DNA of 64,000 nucleotides from an uncultured Chloroflexia bacterium (GTDB taxonomy: Bacteria > Chloroflexota > Limnocylindria > Limnocylindrales > CSP1-4). Below the pieces are notes generated by a model. It saw only the letters and a program-made list of their open reading frames with translations. It was not told the origin of the DNA and did no database searches. Shown piece after piece: positions 39,668 through 50,302 of this stretch (the stretch's first letter is position 1; each line of letters begins with the position of its first letter). The position numbers and the translations under genes were made by a program. The DNA lies in assembly GCA_963718285.1 (NCBI GenBank), contig CAVQYU010000006.1, positions 94,059 to 158,058 of the forward strand, written 5' to 3'.

Positions 39668-40595
39668 TTGGACATCGGCCTGTACACCGATTCGCTCACC
39701 GAGCACGCCTTCGAGGACGCCCTCGAGATCGCCGCGGCCAGCGGCGTCGGTTCGATCGAGATTGCCACCGGCGGCCAGTCGAGCGCGCCCCACCTGGACG
39801 TCGACCGGCTCCTCGCGAGCGCTCCGGCGCGCTCAGCATTCCAGGCCGCCTTTGCCAGCCGCGGGCTGCGCATCGCCGCCCTCAATTGTTCGGCCTGGCC
39901 GATGCATCCGGTCGTCGGGCCGGCTCACGCCGAGCTGATCAGCAAGACCCTCCGCCTCGCCCAGGAGCTGGGCGTCACGAAGATCGTGTCGATGTCGGGC
40001 TGCCCCGGCGACGGCCGCGGCGCGACCACGTTCAACTGGACCTGGTACCCGTGGCCGGCTGACGCCGTGAGCCTGGCCGGGCCCACTGGGCCGAGGCGGT
40101 CCGGTTCTGGTCGGCCAAGGCCGCGAGGCGGAGGACGCGGGCGTCCGCCAGATCGCGTTCGAGCTCCATCCCCTGCACGTCGTCTACAACGTGCCCACGC
40201 CCTCGCCTTCCGGGCCGAAGTCGGCGCGACGATCGGGGTGAACATGGACCCCAGCCACCTGTTCTGGCAGCAGATGGACCCGATCGCCGTTACCCGCGCG
40301 CTCGGGCCGGCGGTCCAGCACGTCCACATGAAGGACACCGAGATCGTAGCCAGCCAGGTCGCCCTGGCCGGCGTGCTCGACAACCGGCCCTTCGAGCGAC
40401 CGGCCGAGCGGGCCTGGGTCTTCCGGACGGTCGGCCGGGTCCATTCGCTGGAGTGGTGGACCGAGTTCGTCGGCTGCCCTCCGCCAGGCCGGCTACGACG
40501 ACGCCCTGTCGATCGAGCAGGAGGATCCGTTCACCGGGCAGGCGGAGGGCGTCCGGGAGGCCGCGGCCTACGGTCAGCCGGCTGCTTCGAGGTAG
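39668..40595 (+). CDS. Sugar phosphate isomerase/epimerase (xylose isomerase-like TIM barrel), apparent frameshifts near 40090-40200 and 40475
   Basis: The TTG start has GAGGAG 6 nt upstream. Blocks include DIGLYTDSL..SIEIATGG, LGVTKIVSMSG and VNMDPSHLFWQQMDP..HVHMKD. The C-terminal GYDDALSIEQED is in another frame. Confidence 0.72.
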
Positions 40596-41431
40596 CCCTG
40601 GATCTTCTCGAACATCAGGCGCGACGACTCGACCGCGCGCTCCTCCCAGGCGAAGACGCAGCTGGTCAGGATGCCGTCGAAGCCGATCGCCTTGAGGGCG
40701 CCGAAGCAGGCCTCGAAGTCGACCTCGCCCTGGCCGATATCGAGATGCTGGTGGACCCGGGCGGAGGACCCGGGCGGGTTGATGATGTAGCGCAGCCCCG
40801 AGCTGGCCCGGTGGTTGAGCACGTCGGCGATGTGGACCTGGGCCAGGACCGGGGCCGCGTGGGTGATCATCGCCGCGATGTCGTCGCCCAGGTAATAGGT
40901 GTGGGGCGCGCAGAAGACGTAGCGCACCCGGTCCGAGTCGATCGCCCGGACGAGGGCCACGGCCTCCTCGTTGCGCTCGATGAAATCGTCCGGGTGAGCC
41001 TCCAGGTTGAGCCGAATGCCCTCCCGCTCGAAGACCGGCAGGAGCTCCTCCATCGAGCGCCAGAACTGGGCCTCGCTCCGGGCGGCCTGCTCGGGCCGGC
41101 CGTTGAACTCCGAGTTCATCGTGCTGCAGCCGACGTCCACGGCCAGCTCGATCGCCCGCTTCCAGTAGCCCACCGCGGCCTGCCGCTCGTCCTCATCCGG
41201 GCTCGACCAGCGGTACAGGGGCAGGATCGAGGCGAGCTCCAGGCCCGTGTCGCGCAAGGCCGTCCGGAACTCGGTGACCCTGGCTCGATCGGCTCGGGGA
41301 TGGGTGAAGAACGGGATGAAGTCCGGCCGGGGCGACAGCTCGATCGAGTCGTAGCCGATGTCCGCCGCAATCCGGCAGACCTCCCCGAAGGGTCGCTCGC
41401 GGAGCATGTACGGATCGAGGGCAATCTTCAC
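40574..41431 (-). CDS. Sugar phosphate isomerase/epimerase (IolH-like TIM barrel)
   Basis: Blocks include VKIALDPYML..SIELSPRPDF..MNSEFNG..LNLEAHPDDFIE..HQHLDIGQGEVDF..FDG. The GTG start overlaps the stop of the upstream large hydrolase (GTGA). Confidence 0.82.
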   Translation of the reverse strand: MKIALDPYMLRERPFGEVCRIAADIGYDSIELSPRPDFIPFFTHPRADRARVTEFRTALRDTGLELASILPLYRWSSPDEDERQAAVGYWKRAIELAVDVGCSTMNSEFNGRPEQAARSEAQFWRSMEELLPVFEREGIRLNLEAHPDDFIERNEEAVALVRAIDSDRVRYVFCAPHTYYLGDDIAAMITHAAPVLAQVHIADVLNHRASSGLRYIINPPGSSARVHQHLDIGQGEVDFEACFGALKAIGFDGILTSCVFAWEERAVESSRLMFEKIQGYLEAAG

Positions 41432-44060
41432 GTCGGTGCGCCTCCCCGGGTCGATTGGGCCAAGCGGTCGCGGAGGGTGGCTCCGCTGGCCGCGATTCGG
41501 GCCACCATGCGCGAGCGCAGGGCAGGGTCGTCGATCGCCGCGATCGTGGCCAGCCAGCGGGCCGTCCCGTCGATCACCGCCAGGATCGCTTCGGCGTCGC
41601 CGGCGGCAATCAGGGGCCGGTCCAGGACCTCGACGTAGACCGGCGAGGTGTGGGCGGCCATGCTCGTGCCGAAGGCCGAGTGGATCTGGTAGTCGCTCCT
41701 GGAGCGAGCCGCGATCCAGGCCCCGGCGTCGACCGCCAGCGAGGTCTCCAGGCGGAGGTCGGTGGCCGCGGCCGCGAGCGTGCTCGGCGGCCACGACCCG
41801 GCCATTGACGACCAGCTCGACCGCATTGACCAGCGGCTGGGCGGCGCGCGCCCGGACCGTCACCGCGAGATGGCCGCCGCCGGCCGGCAGGCTGATCACG
41901 GCACCCGGCTCCTGGCCGTCCACGAGCAGCTCGAGGATCGGCCCCGAGGTCGCGAACGTCCGGCCGGCCCGGATCGCGGCGGCCCAGGCTCGAACGAGGG
42001 CGCCCGACAGCGTCCGGCCCGCGTCGAGCCCGTGGTCCAGGTGGGCGTACGTGCGCATCGCCCCGAGGGCAACCTCGGCCGACATCTTGTCGGTTCCGCC
42101 CACGACCGGCAGGCGGTAGCCGCAGTTGAGGAAGCGGTACCACTCGAGGATCGAGGGATTGTCCAGGCCGGGCGCGAAGACCTGCATCTCGACGGCGTCG
42201 ATCAGACCGGCCACGACAGCCGCCGCGATCTCGGCAAAGGGCAGCGGAAAGTGAGCGCCGACGACCAGCCCGCCGGCGGCGTGGCACCGATCGGCCCAGT
42301 CGGCCAGCAGCTCGCTCACCGGCTGGCCGATGCGTCCCTCTGGCGCGCCGCCCGAGGCGAGCGGCAGGACCGGCGGGCGGGCGCCGAGGAGGGCCAGATG
42401 GCCAAGCATGTTCTGCCGGTTCTCGGTACCGACCATCACCGTGTGGCGCCCGGCCGGATCCTGCTGCCCGCCCCAGGCCAGGTCCGGCACGTTGATGAAG
42501 TGATCGCCCAGCTGAGTCGCCAGGACGTGGACGATGTCGACGTCCTCGGCGGCTGCCTGCAGCAGCGCGGTCGACGGAGCCAGGAAGTGAACGTGCGAGT
42601 CCGAGCTGCGCCAGCCGGAAGGACGCAGGTCGATCGGGTGGTCGATCGTGAACGCCAGCTTGTTCGTGCCGGGCTCGACCTGGACCGTCGTGCCGGACCG
42701 GCCGGTGATCGAAGCCCTTGACCAGCTCGACCGCGATCGGCCCGACCGGCAGGTCGATCTGGAACTCGCCGGGAACATAGGCGTAGGTGTCCGTGCCCAG
42801 GATCAGGCCTGCCCCGCTGTCCTCGAAGATGCCCGGGTTGACCTCGTCCCGGTGGCCCAGCGGGGGCAGGTAGCGGCCGGCCTCGTCCAGGAAGCGGACC
42901 CGGGCCGGCGTCGTGGCGCCGCCGGCGGTGACCCGAACGTTGACCCGGACGTCCGGACGGGCCAGCTGCCGGATCGAAGCTCCAGCGGCCAGGGCCACCT
43001 CCGCGCCTGCGTCGAGCTCGGCCGCCGTCACGACTGATGAGCCGAACGTGATCCGGGCGTCGGGCGCGAGGCTGAGATCCAGGATCGAGTCACCCGTCGC
43101 AGCGTCCCCGGAAGCCGGCGGCTGGCCCCAGCCGATCGGGCTGGACCGCGGGGTGGCCGGCAGCCGGCCGGCCGGCTGCGACCGGATCGCGCTGCCGAGG
43201 TCGACCCCGGGCAACGCTCCGTTGGGCCCGCTCAGCAGGAACTGTCGCCGGCCTGCCGCGACAAGCGGGTTGGCCCGGCCGGCGAACAGGGTCAGCCCTG
43301 CGATCACCACGTCGGTGCCCGGGCGGCCCTCTCCCAGCGAGCCAATCCGCAGGGCCACGGGCGCCACGCCCGGCTCGAGGGCGATGGCGTGGAGCCACAG
43401 GGTCAGGTCATTGGTCGGGCTCGGGATGTAGTCGACCGCGCCCGACTGGCCCGCCGCCCACGCCCCGGGCAGGGTCGTGAGGGGTCCCGCCTGGCCGGCC
43501 GGGGCGGTGCGGCCGTAGCCCTGGTCCGGGAAGGGCCCGCGCCAGTCGAGGACCTGGTCGGCCTGGTGACCGATCGCCTCGAACGGCAGGAAGCCCCAGC
43601 CGATGATCCCATCGTCGATCTGGACCCGACGCTGGATCTCGATCGCCTGGCTGCGACCGTCGCCGAAGACGAGCTCGTAGCGGGCCAGCGCCTCGCCCGT
43701 GGGCAGGACCCAGCCCACGGGCATTCCGGCGGGCGCCCTCCCCCAGGCTCGCGCCAGCTGTCCGAGAAGTGGGCCACGACGAGGTGGCTCGCCGAGACGG
43801 CGCCCGCGCCGGCGCCGGCCAGGTCGAGCTCCAGGCTCTGGCCGGCCTCGGCCAGGACCCAGCGCCGCCCGGCCGACCGCCGGCCGAGTGAAAAGGGCAG
43901 CCCGCGCAGGATCACGTCGCCCTGGGGCAAGCGGGCGAAGGCCGGGGCATAGAGCGGATCGAACCGGCCGGCCAGGTCGGGGTCGGTGGCGTTCCAGCCG
44001 GCCGACGAGGTCGATCGGCCAGGCCAGCGGGCTCGCCGAGGCCAACCCGGGCTGGGTCAT
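41428..44060 (-). CDS. Large (~875 aa) PHP/CehA-McbA-like metallohydrolase with an uncharacterised N-terminal half, paralog 1 (at least 4 apparent frameshifts)
   Basis: It is collinear with the intact paralog at 51391..53988: GLPFSLG..HLVVAHFSD, YELVFGDG, IGWGFLPF, LDWRGPFP, LTLWLHAIALEPG, RYLPPLGHRDEVNPG, SDSHVHFLAPST, GTENRQNMLGHLALLG, GGTDKMSAEV and AAHTSPVYVEV. Fragments are spread over four frames. Confidence 0.7.
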
Positions 44061-44083
44061 GACGCCAAGTCCTCCGACCGATA

Positions 44084-44130
44084 TTGACGCGGCATGAGCG
44101 GCGATGATACCGTCGTTGCAATCGGTTGCG
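44084..44130 (+). promoter_or_regulatory. Promoter-operator module c: TTGACG-18-TACCGT followed by the operator TGCAATCGGTTGCG, shared with a divergent candidate promoter
   Basis: -35 at 44084-44089, -10 at 44108-44113, operator at 44117-44130. SD GGGAGGG and the iolD GTG follow directly. On the minus strand, TTGCGC (44133-44128)-18-TATCAT (44109-44104) faces paralog 1. Confidence 0.6.
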
Positions 44131-44144
44131 CAAGGGAGGGCACG

Positions 44145-46031
44145 GTGAACTCAGTACGGCTGACCGTGGGCCAGGCGGTCGTCCGGTTCTGCGCCGCCCA
44201 GGACGTCGAACGGGATGGTCGTGAGCACCGGTTCATCGCCGGCTTCTGGGGCATCTTCGGTCACGGTAACGTGGCCGGCCTGGGCCAGGCCCTCGAGGAG
44301 CTCGGTGACGAGCTGCGGATGCCGCTCTACCGGCCCCAGAACGAGCAGGCCCAGGTCCACATCGCGGCCGCCTTCGCCAAGCACCACAACCGGCTCCAGG
44401 CCTACGCCTGCACCTCATCGGTCGGCCCGGGCGCCCTGAACATGGTCACCGGGGCCGCCGGCGCAACGGTCAATCGAATCCCGGTCCTGCTCTTCCCCAG
44501 CGACTACTTCGCCAATCGAGCGCCCGATCCGGTCCTCCAGCAGATCGAGCATCCGGTCGAGCGCGACGTCAGCGTCAACGACGCGTTCCGGCCGGTGTCG
44601 CGTTTCTTCGACCGGATCTCCCGCCCCGAGCAGCTCCTGGCTTCCCTGCCTGCCGCCTTCCGGGTCCTGACCGACCCGGTCGAGACCGGTGCCGTGACCG
44701 TATCCCTGCCCGAGGACGTCCAGGCCGAGGCCTACGATTGGCCCCTGAGCTTCTTCGAGCGGCGGACCTGGCGGGTTCGTCGCCCCGTGCCCCAGGCCGC
44801 CGACCTGGCCGACGCGGTCCGCCTGATCAGCCAGGCCAAGGCGCCCCTGCTCGTGACCGGCGGCGGCACGATCTATGCCGAGGCCACGCCCGAGCTCGAT
44901 GCCTTCGCCAGCCAGTTCGGGATCCCGGTCGTGGAGACCCAGGCCGGCAAGGGCGCCCTGCCCTGGAGCCACCCGCTGAACGTGGGTCCCGGCGGCACGA
45001 ACGGCAGCCTGGCCGCGAACCGCCTGTCGCGCGAGGCCGACCTGGTCATCTGTGTCGGCACCCGGATGGGCGACTTCGTGACCGCCTCGCAGTCGGCCTT
45101 CCAGAATCCGGAGGTCGCCTTCGTCGGCCTGAACATCGCCCCGTTCGATGCCCACAAGCTGCGGGCCACGGCCATCACCGCGGACGCCCGGGAAGGGCTC
45201 CGGGCCCTCCGGGCCGAGCTCGCCGCCGCCGGCTATGCAGGGTCATCCGCGGCGTATCGCGAGCGCGCCGCCGGCCTCAAGCAGGAGTGGGACGGGATCG
45301 TCAGCGGCCTGCGCGCCGTCAATGGCGAGCCGGGCGACCTGGGCCAGGCAGAGGTGATCGGCCTGGTCAATGACGCCGTTGGTGGCCGGGCCACGGTCAT
45401 CTGTGCGGCGGGCAGCCTGCCCGGCGACCTGTTGCGCCTGTGGCGGGTCGACGACCCGAAGGCCTATCACGTCGAGTACGGCTTCTCGTGCATGGGCTAC
45501 GAGATCGCGGCCGGCCTGGGCGTGCGCCTGGCCGAGCCCGACCGGGACGTCGTGGTCATGGTCGGCGACGGGTCCTACCTGATGATGAACTCGGAGATCG
45601 TGACTGCCGTGGCCGAGGGCCTCAAGCTCACGATCGTGGTCCTCGACAACCACGGCTTCCAGTGCATCCTGGCCCTCCAGCGGATGGTCGGGGTGCCCGA
45701 CTTTGCCAACGAGCTGCGCTTCCGCGACCCGGCCACCAACCGGCTGACCGGGCCCTACGTACCGATCGACTTCCGCCAGCATGCCGAGGCGATGGGCGCC
45801 CTGGGCCTCCTGGCCCGGACGCCGGACGAGCTTCGGGCGGCCCTCGACCAGGCCCGTGCCAGCGACCGGATCACGGTCATCCTCGTGCCGACCGAGCCCG
45901 AGAAGCGGGTCACCGGCTTCGAGACGTGGTGGGACGTGCCGGTGGCCGAGGTGAGCGGACAGGCCGGCGTGCGCACGGCCCGGGCCGCCTACGAAGTCGC
46001 CCTCGGCCGGCAACGCACCGACCTTCGCTGA
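44145..46031 (+). CDS. iolD: 3D-(3,5/4)-trihydroxycyclohexane-1,2-dione acylhydrolase (IolD-type ThDP enzyme)
   Basis: The ORF is intact. VRLTVGQAVVRF..FIAGFWGIFGHGNVAGLGQALEE is typical of the IolD N-terminus. The ThDP motif is GDGSYLMMNSEIVTA...VLDNHGF. The GTG 44145 start sits behind GGGAGGG; the tracked ORF begins at 44094. Confidence 0.85.
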   Translation: MNSVRLTVGQAVVRFCAAQDVERDGREHRFIAGFWGIFGHGNVAGLGQALEELGDELRMPLYRPQNEQAQVHIAAAFAKHHNRLQAYACTSSVGPGALNMVTGAAGATVNRIPVLLFPSDYFANRAPDPVLQQIEHPVERDVSVNDAFRPVSRFFDRISRPEQLLASLPAAFRVLTDPVETGAVTVSLPEDVQAEAYDWPLSFFERRTWRVRRPVPQAADLADAVRLISQAKAPLLVTGGGTIYAEATPELDAFASQFGIPVVETQAGKGALPWSHPLNVGPGGTNGSLAANRLSREADLVICVGTRMGDFVTASQSAFQNPEVAFVGLNIAPFDAHKLRATAITADAREGLRALRAELAAAGYAGSSAAYRERAAGLKQEWDGIVSGLRAVNGEPGDLGQAEVIGLVNDAVGGRATVICAAGSLPGDLLRLWRVDDPKAYHVEYGFSCMGYEIAAGLGVRLAEPDRDVVVMVGDGSYLMMNSEIVTAVAEGLKLTIVVLDNHGFQCILALQRMVGVPDFANELRFRDPATNRLTGPYVPIDFRQHAEAMGALGLLARTPDELRAALDQARASDRITVILVPTEPEKRVTGFETWWDVPVAEVSGQAGVRTARAAYEVALGRQRTDLR

Positions 46032-46068
46032 CCAGCAAAGCCAACTACAGACACACGAGGAGAGATCG

Positions 46069-47307
46069 ATGGCAGGACCTGGGGTCGAGCTGATTGGGGC
46101 CGAAGAGACCGCCCACGTGCTGGAGGTCATGTCCAGCGGCTTCCTGAGCCGCTACGGCCCGTCCGACAATCCGGCCTTCGGCGCCAAGGTCCACAAGGTC
46201 GAGCTCGCGGTGGCCAAGCTGGCCGGCGTGCGCTACGGCCTGGGCTTGCACGGCGGTGGCTCGGCCGGGCTGTGGGTCACCCTGCTCGGCCTGGGCATCG
46301 GCGCCGGCGACGAGGTGATCGTGCCCGGCTTCACCTTCGTGGCCTCGATCTCGGCGATTGTCTACACCGGGGCGACACCCGTCCTGGCCGAGGTCGACCA
46401 GTCGTTCGACCTGGACCCGGTCGACGTCGAGGCCCGGATCACCCCCCGCACGGCGGCCATCCTCGTCGTCCACATGCTGGGCGGACCAGCCCGCATGACG
46501 GAGCTCAAGGCGATTGCCGACAAGCACGGGATCCCGCTCGTCGAGGACTGTGCCCAGGCGTTCGGCGCGACCTACCAGGGCATCGGGGTGGGCGGCATCG
46601 GCGCCGCCGGCGTGTACAGCTTCAACGAGTACAAGACGATCACCTGCGGCGATGGCGGCATGATCGTGACCGATGACGAGGCGCTGTACGAGCGCTGCTT
46701 CGCGATGCATGACCAGGGCCATGCTCCGGACCGGCTCGAGTCGAAGTACGCCCCGCGCCCGTTCCTGGGCATGAACTTCCGGATGACCGAGCTGTCCGGG
46801 GCGGTCCTGCTCGGGCAGCTGGGCAAGCTCGACCAGATCACCTCGCATCTGCGGGCCAACAAGGCGATCGTCCAGGAGTTCCTCGAGGAAGCGCCCGAGA
46901 TCGACTTCCGGACCCTGCCCGATCCGGCCGGCGACCTGGCCACCCACCTGGTCGTGGTCCTGCCTTCGGCCGAGATCGCCGGCAAGGTGGCCGACGAGGT
47001 CGGCTCGATCACCCTGTCCGAGTCGGGCTGGCACGTCTACAGCAAGATGAACCACCTGCTCGAGCGGCGGACGGTCAACGGCAAGGGCTGCCCCTTCGAC
47101 TGCCAGACGCCGGGCCACTCGCACGGCGACTACCGGATCGGGATGCTGCCCCAGACGGACGCGTTGCTCGAGCGCTCGATCAGCATCGGGATCGGAGTCC
47201 GCGACGCCAACCTGGCGCCGTTCGGATTGCGGATGCGGGACGGGGCCGACGAGGCCCGCTCGGTGGCCCTGACCTTTCGCGACGCCGTCAACAAGCACCT
47301 GGCCTGA
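46069..47307 (+). CDS. DegT/DnrJ/EryC1/StrS-family PLP aminotransferase
   Basis: Intact 412-aa ORF. Blocks are DEVIVPGFTFVAS, LVEDCAQAFG and the PLP-lysine block YSFNEYKTITCGDGG. Confidence 0.85.
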   Translation: MAGPGVELIGAEETAHVLEVMSSGFLSRYGPSDNPAFGAKVHKVELAVAKLAGVRYGLGLHGGGSAGLWVTLLGLGIGAGDEVIVPGFTFVASISAIVYTGATPVLAEVDQSFDLDPVDVEARITPRTAAILVVHMLGGPARMTELKAIADKHGIPLVEDCAQAFGATYQGIGVGGIGAAGVYSFNEYKTITCGDGGMIVTDDEALYERCFAMHDQGHAPDRLESKYAPRPFLGMNFRMTELSGAVLLGQLGKLDQITSHLRANKAIVQEFLEEAPEIDFRTLPDPAGDLATHLVVVLPSAEIAGKVADEVGSITLSESGWHVYSKMNHLLERRTVNGKGCPFDCQTPGHSHGDYRIGMLPQTDALLERSISIGIGVRDANLAPFGLRMRDGADEARSVALTFRDAVNKHLA

Positions 47308-47384
47308 TCTTCGGGCGCGCCCGGTGATCGAGGCCGCGCACGGCGCCGGCGATCGCGCCGGCTCGCCCGATCCTCCCAGCCTGC

Positions 47385-48257
47385 ATGTCACCGATCCTGG
47401 CCGGCTCCGTCACCGCGGTCGCCTATGCCATCTCGACCCTGACCTCGGCCCGCAGCGCCCGGCTGGCTGGACCGGGCCCGACCGTGGCCGGGGTGATGAT
47501 CGTGGGCACGATCCTGCTCGTTCCGATTGCCCTCATCCTGAGCCCGATCCGGACCAGCCCGGAGGTCCCGGCCTCGACCCTGCTGCTGGCCGCGGTGGCC
47601 GGGCTGGCCAACGTCGGCGGCCTGCTCCTGGCCTACGCCGCCTATCGAATCGGGACCGTCGGGGTGGTCTCCACGATCGGCTCGACCGAGGGCGCGATCG
47701 CGGCAGTCATCTCGATCGCGGCCGGCCAGGTCCTGGCTCCGGGCTCCGGGCCGGCCCTGGTCGTGGTCGCGATCGGGGTGATCCTGGCGGCGACGGGCGG
47801 CGGCCACGAGCTCGAGGAGGGCGTCGCGATCAGCCGGGCCCGCTCCCTGCGAGCCGCCGGCCTGGCCATGTGCGCGGCGTTGCTGCTGGGCACGGGCCTG
47901 TTCATCGCCGGCCAGGTCAGCACCTCGTTGCCACCGGCCTGGGTGGTCCTGCCGGGCAGGATCGTGGGCATCGCCGTGGTAACGGTCCCGATCGTGCTCA
48001 GCGGGCGTGGCCGAGTCCCGCGCCGTTCGCTCAAGTTCATCGGCATGACCGGGATCGTGGAGGTGGTCGGGCTCCTGTCGTTCTCGGTCGGAGCGGCCCA
48101 GGACATCGCGATCACGTCGGTCCTCGGCTCGATGTTCGCGCCGCTCGGCGTCATCGCGGCCTTCGTCCTGTTCCGGGAGCGGCTGGCCCCCCGCCAGATC
48201 GCGGGCATCGTCCTGGTCGTGATCGGCATCGCCGTGCTGGGCAGCCTGGCCAGCTAG
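47385..48257 (+). CDS. EamA/DMT-family transporter
   Basis: Intact 290-aa ORF with 10 TM-like segments in two halves. Confidence 0.8.
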   Translation: MSPILAGSVTAVAYAISTLTSARSARLAGPGPTVAGVMIVGTILLVPIALILSPIRTSPEVPASTLLLAAVAGLANVGGLLLAYAAYRIGTVGVVSTIGSTEGAIAAVISIAAGQVLAPGSGPALVVVAIGVILAATGGGHELEEGVAISRARSLRAAGLAMCAALLLGTGLFIAGQVSTSLPPAWVVLPGRIVGIAVVTVPIVLSGRGRVPRRSLKFIGMTGIVEVVGLLSFSVGAAQDIAITSVLGSMFAPLGVIAAFVLFRERLAPRQIAGIVLVVIGIAVLGSLAS

Positions 48258-48289
48258 CTCGATGAATCCGCTCGCCCAAGGTTGACCTG

Positions 48290-49147
48290 ATGCGCCTCGT
48301 CTACAACTCCAACTCGACCATGCACCTGCCGGTCCTGATGCAGATCCGGGTGGCCCACGAGACGGGCTGGGACGGCGTGTTCCTGCGCGAGGAGCACATC
48401 CGGCGCTACCTCGAGCAGGGCTATAGCGTGGCCAGCCTCCGCCAGGGCCTGGCCGGACTCGAGCCGGTCAACATCGGGGCGCTGGCCGACGTGGAGCGCT
48501 GGCTGCCGGCGGACCACCGGGCGATGCTGGCCGAGGCGAGCGCCCTGACGGAGCTCGCGGCGACCGTCGGCGCCAGCTTCATCCAGCTCCTGACCGGCCC
48601 GGTCCAGCCGGGCGGGCCCTACCCCGGTCCAGGCGGGCTGAGCCGGGCCGAGCGCCGGACCGTCACGGCCCAGGCCCTCCGGTCGGTCGCCGCCCTCGGT
48701 GCCGGCCGTGGGATCCGCTACTACCTGGAACCGATCGCCTGGACGCCCCTGGCCAGCCTGGCGGAGGCGGTCGAGGCGATCGACGCCGCGGAGTCCGACA
48801 ACCTCGGCCTGGTCCTCGACTTCTGGCACCTGTGGCAGGCCGGTACCAGCCCCGACGAGATCGCCCGGCTCGACCCGCGACTCATCGCCGGGGTGGACTT
48901 CGCCGATTCGCTCGGCCCGCCCGGTGCGCCCTCGCCCGACCAGGCCAGCCGGCGGGTGTGGCCCGGCGAGGGTGCGATTCCCCTGCGCGAGTGGGTCGCC
49001 GCGGTCCGCTCGACCGGCTTCGACGGCTGGTGGGACAACGAGCTGTACAGCCCGCTCCACTGGGAGCTGGCCGATCCGTTCGCCGTCGGGCGGGGGCTCC
49101 GGGAGGTCCTGCGCGAACTCCTCGGGACCGATCCGCCGATTGGTTGA
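48290..49147 (+). CDS. Sugar phosphate isomerase/epimerase (TIM barrel)
   Basis: Intact 285-aa ORF with blocks YYLEPIAW, LGLVLDFWHLW and FDGWWDNELYSP. Confidence 0.8.
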   Translation: MRLVYNSNSTMHLPVLMQIRVAHETGWDGVFLREEHIRRYLEQGYSVASLRQGLAGLEPVNIGALADVERWLPADHRAMLAEASALTELAATVGASFIQLLTGPVQPGGPYPGPGGLSRAERRTVTAQALRSVAALGAGRGIRYYLEPIAWTPLASLAEAVEAIDAAESDNLGLVLDFWHLWQAGTSPDEIARLDPRLIAGVDFADSLGPPGAPSPDQASRRVWPGEGAIPLREWVAAVRSTGFDGWWDNELYSPLHWELADPFAVGRGLREVLRELLGTDPPIG

Positions 49148-49190
49148 CGCGGGCGAGGGCCCCTGCTACGGTCGAATGCAATCGGTTGCC
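49144..49190 (+). promoter_or_regulatory. Promoter-operator module d: TTGACG-17-TACGGT followed by the operator TGCAATCGGTTGCC, upstream of the LacI gene
   Basis: -35 at 49144-49149 (overlapping the stop of the preceding gene), -10 at 49167-49172, operator at 49177-49190. Confidence 0.6.
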
Positions 49191-49224
49191 CCATCTGGAG
49201 TGGACCACAGGTGAGACCGGGCGC

Positions 49225-50302
49225 TTGGTAGCCAGCGGATACGTCCCCACGCCGCGCCGCCGAGTCCTGCTCAAGGACGTCGCCCAGGCGGCCAGCGTCT
49301 CCGGCTCGACCGCATCACGGGCCCTGGCCGACGATCCCCGGATCAGCCTGGCCACCCGGCTCAGCGTCAAGGCGGCTGCCGCCGAGCTCAACTACGTGCC
49401 CAACGCGGCCGCCCGCAGCCTGCGCATGAAGCACACCCGGACCCTGGGCCTGCTCGATCCCCGATTTGCGCGACCCGGTCCACGGCCAGGTCGCCTCGGG
49501 CTTCGAGGAAGAGGCGCGCCGGAGTGGCTATTGCGTGATCATGGTCGCCGGTGAGAACGAGCCGGTGCGCGAGCGCCTCGGCCTCAAGATCTTCGCCGAG
49601 CACGGCGCCGACGGGGTGGCGATCGTGTCCAGCGCGATCTCGCCGCGGGAGGCGCGCGAGCGCGTCGATCCCGACCGGTTGATCCTGGTCCAGCCGGATC
49701 ATCCCAGCCTGCCCCGGCGCGAGGGCAGCCTCCCGCCCGGGGTCATCCTGACCGACGACGCCGCCGGCCTGCGCGCTGCGGTCAACCACCTGGTCGACAA
49801 CGGCTACCGCCGGATCGCGTATGTCGAGGGCGGCGGTGGCGCGTCGAACACAGTTCGGTCCGAGGCCGTGGCGTCGACCTTGCGCAGCCGGGGGGTCAAG
49901 ATCGCCGTGCGCACCTTTGCCGCCACGGGCGACACCTGGCGCGACCCGGGGGAGCTGGCGGCCGCGATCGCGGCCGACCTGCCCGAGGCGCTCGTGTGCT
50001 ACGACGACAAGCTGGCCCTGGCCCTGATGGACGAGCTGCGCAAGCTCCGGGTGCGGGTGCCCGAGGACATCGGGATCGTGGGCTTCGATGGGATCCCCTT
50101 CGCCGCCCTGGCCAACCCGCGCCTGACCACCGTGGCCACCCCGGCCGGGGAGATGGGCCGCCTGGCGGCCGCCTCGCTGATCCGGACGATCCAGGTCGGC
50201 GCCCGCTCGGAGGCGATCCTCCTGGCGCCCGAGCTGATCGTGCGCGAAAGCACCCGGACCCTGCCCTCGCCGGCGGGCCGTCGCGGCGGCACCGCTGGAT
50301 GA
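49225..50302 (+). CDS. LacI-family transcriptional regulator (apparent frameshift near 49460; start uncertain)
   Basis: The HTH is LLKDVAQAASVSGSTASRALADDPRIS..NYVPNAAARSLR. The periplasmic-binding-like core in ORF 49466..50302 has GADGVAIVS, VCYDDKLALALMDELR, VPEDIGIVGFDGIP and LTTV. Confidence 0.8.
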
